A stretch of 63,632 nucleotides of DNA, the filler included, from Psammoneis japonica (taxonomy: Eukaryota): assembly GCA_008632985.1 (NCBI GenBank). It is 7 parts of 6 records of this genome, joined end to end, with 100 filler letters (N's around TTAATTAATTAA, not from the genome) between each part and the next. Parts side by side here need not be neighbours in the genome. Positions count along the whole stretch, not along the records: positions 1 to 21,989 come from QPGO01000018.1; positions 22,090 to 24,838 come from QPGO01000034.1; positions 24,939 to 29,058 come from QPGO01000036.1; 4 more parts are not named here. One strand, written 5' to 3'. The notes beneath the pieces were generated by a model. That model made no database searches. It had not been told where the DNA came from and saw nothing but the letters and a program-made list of their open reading frames with translations. This document shows positions 12,901 through 25,310 of this stretch, piece by piece. The translations under genes were made by a program, and so were the position numbers. Positions within the stretch are counted from its first letter, which is position 1; each line of letters starts with the position of its first letter.

Positions 12901-15481
12901 CGCCACCCGAAGTCGAGGCTCCCAAGAAAGGGGGGAATACCAAATCTCGAGTGCAGCTACGCTGCGATGTGGCGGCAGAGCAAATGGTAGAAGTTGTCCG
13001 ATCCGCGGGGGGGGGAGACATTCTCGCGGCGCTCATGAAGGAACTCTTGAGCGACTTTTCGGATGCCGACAAGGATCGGAAAGCTTCCGAACGCCGCAAG
13101 AGACACGAAGCGGCGCAGAAGCATTGCTCCCAACTGGTGGAGGCTCTCATGGAGCAACTATTGACCTTGGAAGAGACTCGGGCAAGATTGAACGACCGGT
13201 CCGGGGACAAGCTTGTCGCCATTTTCCGTACCATTGAAGTCTTCTCCCGTGCTTCACCGACCGTCCTGATCAAGCATCTTGATACTATCATGCCGTATCT
13301 CAAGGCCGAAAACGACGTTTCCGTCAAAGACGAGGCGGCTGTCGTGAGTGCCGTCTGCAACATCATCACTCATCTCGCAAGCACCCTCAACAAGAATGAT
13401 CTTGGTGGTCTTAGTGGAGGCTCCATTGGCAATGACTTGGTACGAATCACCTACAGATTCGGAGTCGGACCAATTACCTCTGCTGTTCAGGCTCTTACCG
13501 CTCTTGCCTACCACAAAGATGCAGAAGCCGATGGTGCGCTGCAGAAGAAAGTGATGAAACTCGCCTCCACATTCTACGAATTGCTGGACAAGAAGAAAGA
13601 CTCGGAAGGCGACTTTTCATCATCACCGGTACGTGCTACTGCTATTCAGTATGATTGGGAGCAATCTTGTACGATTTCGGCGCATCTCTTATCCTTGATT
13701 TTGTCTCCCTCCCTTTTCCCAGACGAAACTGCGGAACAATGTGCACAGAGCCTTGAGCGTGCTTGGATCTCTCTGTCGTAACATGGATGACGGCAGCAAC
13801 GACAGAGACAGTGATGATGAAGACATGGACAATTTTGAGAGCGTTGATCCGTCCGAGCTGTCTTCGACAAATATGGCCGAAGCGTGCTACACTCTCTTTA
13901 CCAAGTATCTTGAGAAAAGCGATGTCGAGACGAAATGTGCTGCTCTTCGAGCTTTAGGGGGGATCTTTGCTTCCCGTCCGCGGATAATGCTGGCAGTGGA
14001 ACAGGCTGGAGTCATTGAGCAGGTCATGAGCGAAGACGCCCACCCGGACCTTCAATTGGAAGCCCTGCGGTGCTGGCGAGATATTCTTGTTGTGAGTGTC
14101 CGGTAGCTTTCGACTTTGCGGTTCTGTTTTTGCCCGTCGCTCACATTTTCCTTCTATGCGTTTCGTCTACCTTCCGCAATGATGTAGACCGAAGAAGCAC
14201 GGGTTGAAACGGGGGAAGCCAAGGCGAAAATGGATTCAAAGGGAAAGGTCACTGTATCCAAGAGGATCTCAGGTGATCAAGACGGAGATGCAACTCTTGT
14301 TGGCGGGGTACTGGCCGAGCATTCAACTAGGCTCTTCCAGATGACTTCGTGCAAAAATGAAAAGATTCGACTCGCTTCGGTTGAGCTTCTCGGAGATCTC
14401 CTTCGCCAGGGGCTCATCAATCCCATGGAAACGGTTCCTTACCTATTTGCTCTCCAAGGAGACATCAAAGCCCCGGAAGTACGTTCCTTGTCCCTTGGGC
14501 TCTTGATTCGAGAGGGTGAAAAGAGACCTGATATGCTACGCCAGCGTGCCAGTGCGGGAGTGAAACAGGCCTACAAGTTTCAGCGCGTTGTATACGGGGA
14601 ATCAGAGAACGCGTGTGCTGTGGTGACGCGGAAGCACGGGAGCGTGCTACATGTTGAGAGCATCTTTGCAGACGTCTTCAAAGAATGTATCCGAAGCAGT
14701 AGGAAGCAGCGCGAGGGTCTCTACAGAAGCTTGCTGGGTCTTTTTGAAGCAGGGGAGAGATTGACCGACACCAAGCAGAAGCAGAAAAGTCTTTATCCCC
14801 ACACGAAGAAGTTACACCTTCTCTCCTTCGCCGCCCAGGTGCTCGCTCACTTGCCGTACAATAGGGCAAACGATCCTCTGTTCATCATCTATAACATTTC
14901 GTGTTCAGACGCTTTGCATGGTGATCAACTAGTTGACAGGTTCGCCGCCTTTTTGCGCCCTCACGGTCTCGCAAGTAGCGATGAGCACGACGAGAACAAC
15001 GCGTCAGAAGATGCTCTGGAGCGTGCTGCGAAATCCAAGAATCCATCAAGGACTAAAGAAGCTGCTCCCTTGAAGGACTCGAGTTTCGATTTGCCTCGAT
15101 TTGCGGATATGTGTGCGGAAGGGTATGGAATTGTGCTCCTTTTGAAACTAAAGAATTTCCTTCGGAAGGTGTACAGCCTAAGCGAAACTCGATGCCTTGA
15201 GTACGTGCCTGATGCAAAGGCGGCTCGTTAACAAAGGGATTTCTCTGCCGGAGAAGATGCCAATGTTTGATACCGGCGTCGGCAGATCGTCGGGTTGCGC
15301 AACGAAAATAAACCCTGACGAGTGCATCCGCCAGTATGCAGAGTTCCGGCGGTTGATGAGGGCTGCAAACTCTTCTAGCTATCATTCGGGGAGTAGTGAG
15401 GATGAGATGGGCGCTGCCACGGTGAAGCAACGGAGGAAACGCCGTTCGAGTGAATTGTCTAGCGACAGCAACAGTGACTGA
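9911..15481 (+). CDS. SCC2: Cohesin loader Scc2/Nipped-B/NIPBL with an internal PHD finger
   Basis: Cohesin HEAT region (DDATSVREAVISLVG, DPGVSVRKRAVKI) and Nipped-B C-terminal motif LRQGLINPMETVPYLFALQGD. PHD C4HC3 at 11682-11813. Introns at about 12303-12401, 13629-13702 and 14091-14187. N gap 10001-10669 and a frameshift near 15228. Confidence 0.9.
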
Positions 15482-15676
15482 GGGGGGTTGCCGGGTGACT
15501 GTTATGAATTCGTTTTCAAATATCATTGATAAGCAGTTTGTTTCTAACTACGTATAGGGTGTCTTATGCAAACATTGTTGTTACCAGATAGCGGATACAG
15601 CCCGAGTCCCCGTCTCATTCAAAGTACAACACAATCGTTCAGTTCATCTAATGGAAAACCCCGGGGAGAAGCATTT

Positions 15677-17937
15677 CTACTCAAGAATCGAGCCGAAAGG
15701 ATTGACGGCGAAATTCCGGCCAGTGTGACGGATTGCATCCATTGCAATGCGTGCTCTTTCTTGTTGCCGCGCTAGTTCGACGTATCGTTGGTCCATAGCT
15801 TGATCGCGGGTGTCACGATGTTTCGCTGCTATTTTCTTCTCCTTCTGGCGCCTTTCCCACCTGGCGTGCTCCCTCTTCTCTTTGGCTCGGAGAGCTAGTG
15901 ACATTCTGCGGCGCCTCTTACAGTCGTCGATGTAGGCTTTCACGTCTGTTCTAGCGGCATCCTCCAACGCCAGGTTCTTTTCATCAACCAGACTCTGCTC
16001 GTATTTAGCTTTCGCTGCTTCTGCACGCTGCAACTGCTTCTCCTTCCCTCTGAAACAAAGCGAGGCTCGATCTCTAGCTGCGCAGTCTCTCTTGTACTGC
16101 TCAACATCTTTTCGACCTGCAAATAAGAAACACAGTGGTCAGTTTGGTTGACGGAAGAGGGAAATGGATAGTCTTTCGCCAAGATACTTACAACCAGCCT
16201 GCAACTCTTCCTCTTCGTGAGCTGCCTCTACCGCTTTTTCGTGTTCTTCTGCTTCCAATGCACGGTGTCGGGCTCCTTCTTTATTACGAAAGTTGAGCGA
16301 TTGACGGCGTTCTTCCTCGAGCTTTGCCAAATAGGCTTTCGCGTCGTCTTCGCCAGCCCATTTCAACACATACGATTCCGTCTCTTGCTCGCGTGAGAGT
16401 TGCTGTAGTTCCTGCATTATGTTTTGATGTTGCGCTCTTTGCTTGTTTCGAAAGGCCAGGCTCTCTCGTCTCTCCTTTTCCATCTGCCTTTTGTAGGCTT
16501 CAGCATCTCTCTCCCCCATCCACTTGAGCTCATAGCTGGCATGCTGAAGATCCTGCTCCTCAACCAGACGGTCGGCTTCCTCGTTCCGCTGCCTCCTTCC
16601 CTCTTGATTTCGGAAAGCAAAGCTATCTCTCCGCTCATCGGCAAGCTGCTTCTGATAGTTTTGTGCATCTCGCTCGCCCTGCCACTTCAATTCGTAGCTT
16701 TCGTGCTCTCTATCGAGTTCTGCAATCGCGCGATTCTTGTCTTCGTGCCGCTGCCTACGCCCTTCTTTGTTCCGAAAGGCAAGACTATCCCTCTTTTCTT
16801 TTTTGAAGTTGCCTTTGGTAAGCCTTGGCGTCCTCCTCGCCATCCCACTTCAATTGATAGCTCTCTGACTCTTCCTTCTGACGTTGATTCTCCATTTCCT
16901 TGTGAAGCTCGCGAATTCGACGCGCATCGCCATTACGGAAAGCAAAACTCTTTCGCCGTTCTGCAGCCAGATTTTTCTTGGACTCCCTCCATGCTATGCT
17001 GCTCTCGTGACGCTCTTCCATTAGAGCCATATGCTCATCAACAGCTTGCAGCCTCATCTTTTCTTCTCCGGCGCGATGGTTCTTACGAAGTTGAGCTCTT
17101 GCATCGATGGATGCTCTACGTCGTCTCTCCTCCTCTTCCTTTAGACTTCGTTGGTGCTCACGATGTACTTGGGACTTGAACTGTGACTCGTTTTCAATTT
17201 CATTCAGTCGAGCCTGCTTCTCGTCAAGGTGATGCTTCGCTTTCGCCTGGTACACGCGGGAGGAGAACTGGCGTTGGATATGCAAGAGCTGGCGCCGACT
17301 TTTCTCCGCTTCGGCGTGAACGCTTTCGCATCCTCGTTTTCGTCTTTCCACTTGCTGTGGACTTCGGCACTCTTTGTGCTCTCTGTTGCCGGGAGTTCTT
17401 CTTTGACACTCTGGATGCATTCAAGGTCTTGTTGACGCTCTCCGTAGCGTTATTGATGGCAGCCTGAGTCTTTGCGCCAAGAATGCGACGCAATTCAGAT
17501 CGCTCCTTCGCCTTTGATTCATTGAACGTGGAGCTAAGGTTTTCTTTGATGCTATGAGTATTTCCTTTCTGAGGAAGGTTTTCCTTGGCAACTTCCTCTT
17601 GGTCGACCGCGTCGATGGTAGAGATTGACGCCTTGCTGTCGTCAAGAAAGCTCGGGCAAACGGGTGATTGGGTAGCCCAGCGTGACGATTTCTCATCGGA
17701 ACTTGGAACAGTCGATGGAGAATACGCGAGGCTGTTGGCACTCTGGTTCGCTTTTGCGTCCTCAATCATCACGAGATCACCAAATACCAAACGACTTCTC
17801 TTCATCTTCCCGACCGAAAACGGTGCCGGTGGTGCTTCGCTCTGTGAGTCACAATAGGGAGGGTAATACAGCTTACAATGTGAGTCATCACTGCAATAAA
17901 TAAAGTCTTCTTTGTTTTCTGAACAGCGACTCACCAT
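15677..17937 (-). CDS. Repetitive charged coiled-coil protein with ~46-aa ERRxSxAFRN...ESYELKWxGE repeats
   Basis: Chained minus-strand ORFs 17224..18039, 16785..17420, 16139..16843 and 15677..16033 form one gene via frameshifts and an intron near 16190-16117; the repeat recurs in the last three. The start is uncertain (17937 or 17805). Confidence 0.7.
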
Positions 17938-18506
17938 CTTTGAAAGAAATGCTCCAAATTTCAAAAGAAGTCTGGAGTCCGACAGAGCGCTCGAGCGATT
18001 GCTATTCTTGACAAACACGTCGACTCTGCGGCAAAGCAAATATGTTACTAGTCAACAAGAGAGTAGGTCCTGGTATGTATCAAATGAACAGTCTTGGTTC
18101 CGTCCTATCGCAACAACGTCAATGGCTTCAACCAACGATGTTGTGTCTCACGTGTCGCCCTCTTTGTGCACTCGAAGCGTGAATTTGTGACGGTTTGAAT
18201 GATTGCAATCTTCAGATTCAAATACATGAAGGTAACAAAAACCAACGGATCTATTTTTAAGTATACAGATTGTCTAGCGAATATAATCGTACAATTAACG
18301 TGGACATCTGGTACAAAAGGCAAAACGTAGAAGTTGTACCAATGCGTACGTAACAACAGCAGTTTTGCTTGCGAACCTGACGAACGACAGACACACATTA
18401 GCCCGCCACCTACCAGCCATTGCATGCACGCGCAAAGTGCGCGTATTGGAGCAACCTGCCACCGAGCGACGACCGACGACTGACCACAAACACAAAAGGG
18501 ACAACC

Positions 18507-20490
18507 ATGGCGGCGTTAGCGACTGAAGCGCTGTCCAGGTCAACGACGGATGGTCAGTTTGAAGATGCTGAAGAAGATGAGAATCTGTTTGTAGAGATGA
18601 TACGAGAGAAGATCAGTATGGAAGAGACTTCACCCATGAGTCGCACCGAGAAAGAACATCTTGAAGAACGCATGGAAGAGGATTTCGACGAGGACGAGGA
18701 GGATTACGAAGACGAAGATATCGATGATGAGTTTGACGATATCATGGGTCAGGCGTCTTTTTCTTTTTCTAACGGGTCTTTGTCGTCGGGTAGTAACACT
18801 CTCCCCTCCAAGACTATGAACTTTTCTCATACCGTGTCGAACTCCGTAACGAGAATGCAACACATGGAAACAACCAAGAAAGCAACGCACACTGGTCGTG
18901 ACGACCGTGCTACCAGCGAACAGTGTCTTGATCCACGAACTCGGCTTTTGTTGTTTAGGTTATTAAGTAGTGGCTTCTTGGAGCTTATTGATGGCTGCTT
19001 GAGTACTGGGAAGGAAGCAAACGTTTACTATGCCAAGGCCGGGAGGAAGAAGAAAAGTACTCAGGAGGGAACCTCTGAGATAAATTCAAAGGTGGTGACT
19101 CAGCAACAACACAAGGGACCAGCTCTTCCTCCAGAAGCTGCTCATGTGACAGAATATGCTATTAAAATATACAAGACGAGCATTCTTGTTTTCAAAGATC
19201 GCGACAAGTATGTTGCGGGAGAGCATCGGTGGAGAAAAGGTTATTGTAAGTTGCTCCTGGAGCAGTCTCTATAAGTGGCTGGTTACTCTGACATCTTCGC
19301 CATACACACGTCTCACCTGCTCATCTGCTCAACTACTTTTCAGGCAAATCCAATCCACGCAAGATGGTCAAGGTTTGGGCTGAGAAAGAGATGCGCAACT
19401 ACAGGAGGCTACACGCTGCGTCCATTCCCTGTCCCACTCCCGTTCTACTAAAGTCCCATGTCTTGGTGATGGAATTCTTGGGAGAAGGAGGATGGCCGTC
19501 CCCACGTCTCAAGGACGCGTCATTGAGTGAACGACGCATGAGGGAAGCCTATGTTCAAACCGTTGTGATTATGAGACGAATGTATCAGAGGTGCAAACTG
19601 GTACACGGCGACTTGAGCGAATATAACTTGCTCTGGCACAACAATGAAGTTTATGTTATTGATGTCAGTCAAAGCGTTGAATCTGACCATCCCTCGGCGT
19701 TGGACTTTCTCCGAAAAGATGCATCCAACGTGAATGACTTTTTCCGAAAGACGGGAGGACTCAATGTCATGTCAACGCGACAGCTGTTTGAATTCGTTAC
19801 CGCGCCTCTCGAAGATGGCACAGTAGAGACGGAATCGGCGTGTTTGGACTCCATAATGGAGCATGTCAACGAGGTGTCGAAACGTTTGAACCAAGAATCG
19901 GATCAAACACGAAGAGAAGAAACGCAGCGGGAAGCCGTTGACGAGGCAGTCTTTATGAGTCAGTTCTTGCCAGAAGTTTGAATCAAGTTGCAGATCACGA
20001 GATTCAGAAATTGCAAGACGGCGAGGTAGAAGAAACCTATGCACATGCCGTAGCGGCATTGACAGGCAACAAGAATGTGGTGGAAGCAGTGGCTCGAAAA
20101 ACAGGTCGGGACGATGTCATGACAAAGTCGGTTCAATCCATTCTGTCGTCTGCCACCACTCAATCTGGTGATGTGCCAGTTTCGCGTTTCCGTGGTGATG
20201 ACAGTGATCCGCTCGCCAACGAAAACAGCGATATTGATGGAGACAGCGAGTTCTCAGATGAAGACCAAAGCCAAGACGATCCGGACGACGATGACCTTAC
20301 CCCAGAGCGATACGAGAAAATTCCACCAAAGACACCAGAAGAGGTTGAAGCCGCCAAGCAAGCTCAGCGGGCGGCGAGGAAGGCCAACAAGAAAGCCGTG
20401 AAGGAAGCGAAAAGTGAGAAACGTCTTACGAAAATTAAGAAGAAAGACAAGAAACGAGCAATCAAAAAGAACAAGGGGAGAAAGAAATGA
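18507..20490 (+). CDS. RIO1: Atypical Ser/Thr kinase RIO1 (40S biogenesis)
   Basis: Motifs DRATSEQCLDPRTR, STGKEANVY, AIKIYKTSILVFKDRDKY, GYC/KSNPRKMVKVWAEKEMRN (intron 19246-19343), LVHGDLSEYN and IDVSQSVE, plus a Lys-rich tail. 1-bp frameshift near 19972. Confidence 0.95.
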
Positions 20491-20811
20491 AGTCGAACTC
20501 TGAATCAGAAATGAAGTCACGAATGCGAGATATAAGAAGCAGCGCGTTTTCTTCTGGTTTAGCTTGCTACAAGTGAGCAACAAAAAGGGACTGACACTAA
20601 ACGGGAAATGGAAGCATCTTTTAGTCCTGATACTCGCGGATTTTCCATTCAACGGATTTATGAAAAGGCGATTGAGAATGGAACGAATGATAGCCATCAA
20701 TGAGCTTCTCGAAGCAAGATTGAAGATGGTGTTAGCATCATATGGACTAACAATCCCTGACAAAGTTGGAGGAAGCCATTGTAGATACGCTAGTAGCTAG
20801 TAGCGGGATGG

Positions 20812-21469
20812 ATGGAAGAGGACCAGTTGACTTTATGTTTCCTGGTTATCAATGTGTCAGAGGTGTCAAACGCGCCGCCAAACCACGACCCAGAAGCCGC
20901 GGATCAAGACGTAACGTGCGAACCATGCGTCAGCTCAACAACACTCGCACCGTTCTCAATTCCACGCGTTGTCGCTGTCTCCGTAATAGAGGTTGCAAAC
21001 CAAAACAGCTCCACTGTTTTTTGTCTGAACAAAGCACGCTACGTGGTTACTTTTGACCATGAGTACTTGCCAAGAAAAATGGGATAACGAAGTCGACCGC
21101 TTTCGTGCGGTTTCGATCTTTTCGTTGTGCTTGACCGTCTTCTGTGTTCTGTGTCGACGAGTGGGCCGAAGCTGGATGGATCAGCACCTTGATGCCTCTT
21201 ACAAAGGGCTCTTCTTCATGGCCTTCGTCAAGATACTCCTTGCCATCCTCCTCTTTGGTCCGGTAAATCCAAAATGCCCGAGCGGATGCTCATGTGGAAG
21301 CTACTATCAAAGCTGGCTGTATCCAACCATTGTTCTCTTGGTCGGCTGTTTGTGGCTGTTTTTAGGATACCAGTACTTCAAAAGAGCAAAGTCTGCGTCA
21401 CAGAACGTTTCGGCGGAAGTAGTAGCCGAGATGCCATCCGCTACGCCAGACGACGCGGAAGTTATTTAG
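20812..21469 (+). CDS. Small hypothetical multi-pass membrane protein
   Basis: ORF 21053..21469 has three hydrophobic segments. The upstream exon/frame structure is unresolved. Confidence 0.45.
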
Positions 21470-21989
21470 AGCAAGTGTGGGGGATCATTGCTTTATTTGC
21501 ACGGGTCGTTTCACCTTTCTATTTGAATTTGCCCTCTTGTGTGTCATTGGGCTCAAGTTATGTAGCTACCAGTATCACCTACTCCGCGTAGCTCGCTACA
21601 TTGAACATTCACTGTACATTGTAAACTAAATTAGTACTTCTCTTCTACTTCGACCGAATTCAGAATATATGGGGGAAAACTTCATTATTGACAAAAGTAC
21701 ATCGGAACAACACGCTAGAAGCAGCTAGATGAAAGATTCGGTGCAACTTCTTATCGGAGTCGGACAATGCGCTGTTTACTTTAAGCTTCAATTGTTAGTC
21801 ACAAAGATCAATCACGGTGACGTGATCCGCACGGGTATAATTATTGGTGTGGAACTCGTTTCTTTCATCCGAAGCAAAGGGCTCAGGAGACGTCAGATCA
21901 AGCACTACAGGAGTTTTCGACAACTGTTGGGACGTATTCGTGAGTCTCGTTGAATCAGGAGAAGATGCATATTCATGGTCGTCAAAGCT

Positions 21990-22089
21990 NNNNNNNNNNN
22001 NNNNNNNNNNNNNNNNNNNNNNNNNNNNNNNNNTTAATTAATTAANNNNNNNNNNNNNNNNNNNNNNNNNNNNNNNNNNNNNNNNNNNN
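21990..22089. other. Artificial contig-joining spacer
   Basis: N44-TTAATTAATTAA-N44, with stops in all frames. Confidence 0.95.
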
Positions 22090-22908
22090 GAAGCCGCCAA
22101 TTTTCGTCGAACGCCTCCTGAAGATTGCCACACATCAGCTGTGTCGGCACTGAACCAGCAGGGTGAAACCAGCACCACCGGCACAGCTTGCCTTCCATCT
22201 TTTTCACGAATTCCAAGTCATCCCGCTTCCAACCAATCTGACCGATGCTGTCGCACCAGGAACCGTTGGTGATGATGGTGGGTGGATCTGCAAGTTTGCC
22301 GCTCATGAAATCAATGAACGACTGTGCGGTGGCGTGACAACTCTGCCAGGCTCTCACATCTTTAGACAATGCCATCTCCTTTGATTTCTTCTTTGCATCC
22401 TTCCTTGCTGCCATCTCAGTTGTTTCGTTGTTTCCAGGATCCGGGTTGTTTGCATCTGCTTTTGCTTCGGTTGTGTGGATCAAACTCATGTCGCAGCTCG
22501 GATCCTCAAATGCATGGTGCCGCTTGAGTTTGCCGATTCGCAATTGTGTGTGGTGACCAAATCCAGTCCTCCACAGATTTCGGATGCCTTGCAAGGGATC
22601 AATGGGGGGAGGGCGATTGGCTCCTTTGCAGGCGGTTTTGCTGTCGTCTGCGACACCGGCACGTCTCCTTCCACCAACGACGACGGTTGGTTCATCATGG
22701 TTGAAGTCGGCGCTGCCTCCGCGGTCGCAGTTGTGATCGTTGCGTTGCGCGGCGGTGCAAGAGACGCTGGCGTTGCGGCAACGGTGCCTTCGATTTCCTT
22801 TGCAAGAGACGTGTCCTTTTCATGAGACGACGTTGCATCCGGTTCCTCCACAGTGGTGCACAACACAAGACACGGAGGTTGTCGACAACGACCAGCGGTG
22901 CACTCCAT
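22090..22908 (-). pseudogene. TpA-erased ORF of unknown (probably TE or repeat) origin, truncated by the contig end
   Basis: ATG at 22908 and frameshifted Tyr-free ORFs. Only about one TA in 830 bp. A second copy lies at 59181-59788 (+). Confidence 0.4.
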
Positions 22909-24838
22909 GAAAGTGACTGATGCTACGCCGCTCGCTGTAGCGAGAACCGCGAACAAAACGGAAGGCGTCCGTCGATTGGGTGCAATGGCCCTAGGGCCCT
23001 ACGGTAGTATGTACTGTACACATTATGTAGGATGCATGCCAGACACATGTTCTTGCTGACGTCGTACAGTGTGTTTCAACGAATTCTATTGTACAACTCC
23101 TACTCATTATGTAACCGTGGCTGGATGTGAGGAACTGCTGGATAACCATTGTATGCTGCACGTAAAGATTCGAACTATGTGGGGTGCTATTTCAATTGCT
23201 TAGTGAGCGTCACTAAACGATATTTGCGTGGCTGCTACTCAACAGCTGGCAAATAATGTGCGATGTGATGACGACAGGAAAACAGGAAGAGCGACTTGGA
23301 GGTTGCGGTTGCTTTCCGATTTGTGTGGGCGATTGGACATTAAACATATTGAGTTTGTTTTCCGCATGCTGAAATATTTTCTGGACTATTGTTGTTTAAT
23401 CGTTCATCACGGTGTTTTCCTGCATTATGCCGCCGTCGGCGATAAAAATGAATGTAAGATGCAAGTGGCTCTTTCTGTCGCTGGTCCTCGTAGCACTTCA
23501 GCTATCCCAAAAAGGGCAATCTCAAAGCAGCGGGTAGTTGTCATCGGTAAGGAGAGACTGTTGATCTTCCGCTGCTCATTTTAAAGTTGTACGTCTTCAT
23601 CAAAACTCGCATCACCGTCGTCGTTGTGCAGGGAAAGTTATAATTGATGACTACCGAAAGGGCCTAGAAAACCCGTCTGACGGAAGACTACCGATTGGAG
23701 GTGGTGGGCCTCAGGCAGCGTTTGGAGCTGCGCTGGCGGTACTTGATAACGACTCAATAGATGATCCTCTGCAACAGCCAGTTACATTTCTTGGATTTCT
23801 TGGCCCAGTCGGAAAAACTTGATTGGTCTGAACGTGAGAACAATGCGCTGCATGAGCTGTTGGACCCTATGGTTGATTCGTCACAAGTCCTTGAAGGACC
23901 AGTATGTCGTACACCTCGCAACCAATTGTGGCATGATTCAGACCAAAATGTTCAGTGGATGCCCCTGAACGATAGTTTTGGACCAGAAGGCGCTGGGGGG
24001 TTGTGGAGGAATTGTCCATCTGCTGCGGATGTTTTAAAATATGTTTACGAGAAGAGGAAACTCTCTCTACCTTGCATGTGATCATAGAGGTTGGTGCGGA
24101 CTCACCGGACTCCTGCACCAATGCATGTCGTCATGGCTGCAGAGTAGGCGTTCCGAGCCCCCGTAGGATTCACGGGACTACCATCGCAAGTATGAAGCTC
24201 GGCAGCTGGGATGGGGGATTTGGTTTCTGAGCCCCGTTCTCTAATAAAGCTACCTCTCGGACCATCTCTCACTGCTGCATCCCATTTTCTCCAACAGGTT
24301 TTATCGAACGCCCTGTAAAGGTGCATATCCGGTGAAATGGCGTCAAACACGGTACTTATTTCATCTAGGCGAGAAGAACATGATTCTGAATCTCTTTCAG
24401 ACATGTCACCAGTCGCGGCGTCCGGAAAAGCAATCGGTTCTATTCCTATAACCTTCGCCTTCTCTGTCAAAGATCCATCTCTAAGTAGCATGCTGTCCTG
24501 CCAGCACCTCTCTCGTCGATGCTGGTTGTATCGCTTCTGCTATTGGGGCTGCCGTTTGCGAACACGAACACTTGCCTCCCTGGAATGCAGATACGATGAA
24601 GAGAATACGACAAGCAGCTACCGAAGTCAAAGAGAAACGGGGTATCCATAGAAATACGCGCATAATATAAGTATCCATGACAAAGAACGCAACAAGTTGC
24701 TTGGGTACTTCTAATTGTCTCAAAGTACTGTGATTTTTGCTTTACTTTTTTGATCTTCGCACACCTCGTGTACCAATTAACAAGCCTACCGCAAGCAACG
24801 CACTCGCTGACAAAGCGTAACATATCGACTTCGCCCCC
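22302..24838 (-). repeat. ~2.5-kb segment near-identical to 57256-59788 (allelic haplotig or dispersed repeat)
   Basis: Reverse-complement identity along the whole length, with few SNPs and indels. The copies are on different contigs. Confidence 0.95.
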
Positions 24839-24938
24839 NNNNNNNNNNNNNNNNNNNNNNNNNNNNNNNNNNNNNNNNNNNNTTAATTAATTAANNNNNN
24901 NNNNNNNNNNNNNNNNNNNNNNNNNNNNNNNNNNNNNN
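24839..24938. other. Artificial contig-joining spacer
   Basis: N44-TTAATTAATTAA-N44. Confidence 0.95.
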
Positions 24939-25310
24939 CCTACAGCATCGATCTTCTTTCACCGCGCGCGCACACTGCCATTCACAGAGCGTAGAGCAGG
25001 CAGACGAGATAGAGCATGAGCATGGCTGCGATGCACCGGTGTGATTCAAACTGCAACAGAACATCTCATCATCCCAACAAGCCATGTTGCAAAAACTAAA
25101 GCTCAATCTGTCCAAGGAGCACCCTTAAAAGAAGAAGCGTTCTTATTCTTCCAAGTTGTTTGCTTGACAAGAAAAAAGAGGAAGTGCCACGCCTGCATTA
25201 ACAACAACACGCAACGCGGACAAGAGCAATGAGTTTCTGGATTCTGGATTGCGGCATTCTGAATGATGCAAAATCACGTCGAGTTGTTCGCTTAGAAACG
25301 AACTCAGCCA

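Noticed and set aside
4753..20490. Programmed frameshifting or pseudogenisation of RIO1, SCC2, D27 and the S8 protease
   Set aside because: These are isolated 1-bp indels, often in short homopolymers, in otherwise intact conserved genes. Sequencing or assembly error is the simplest explanation.
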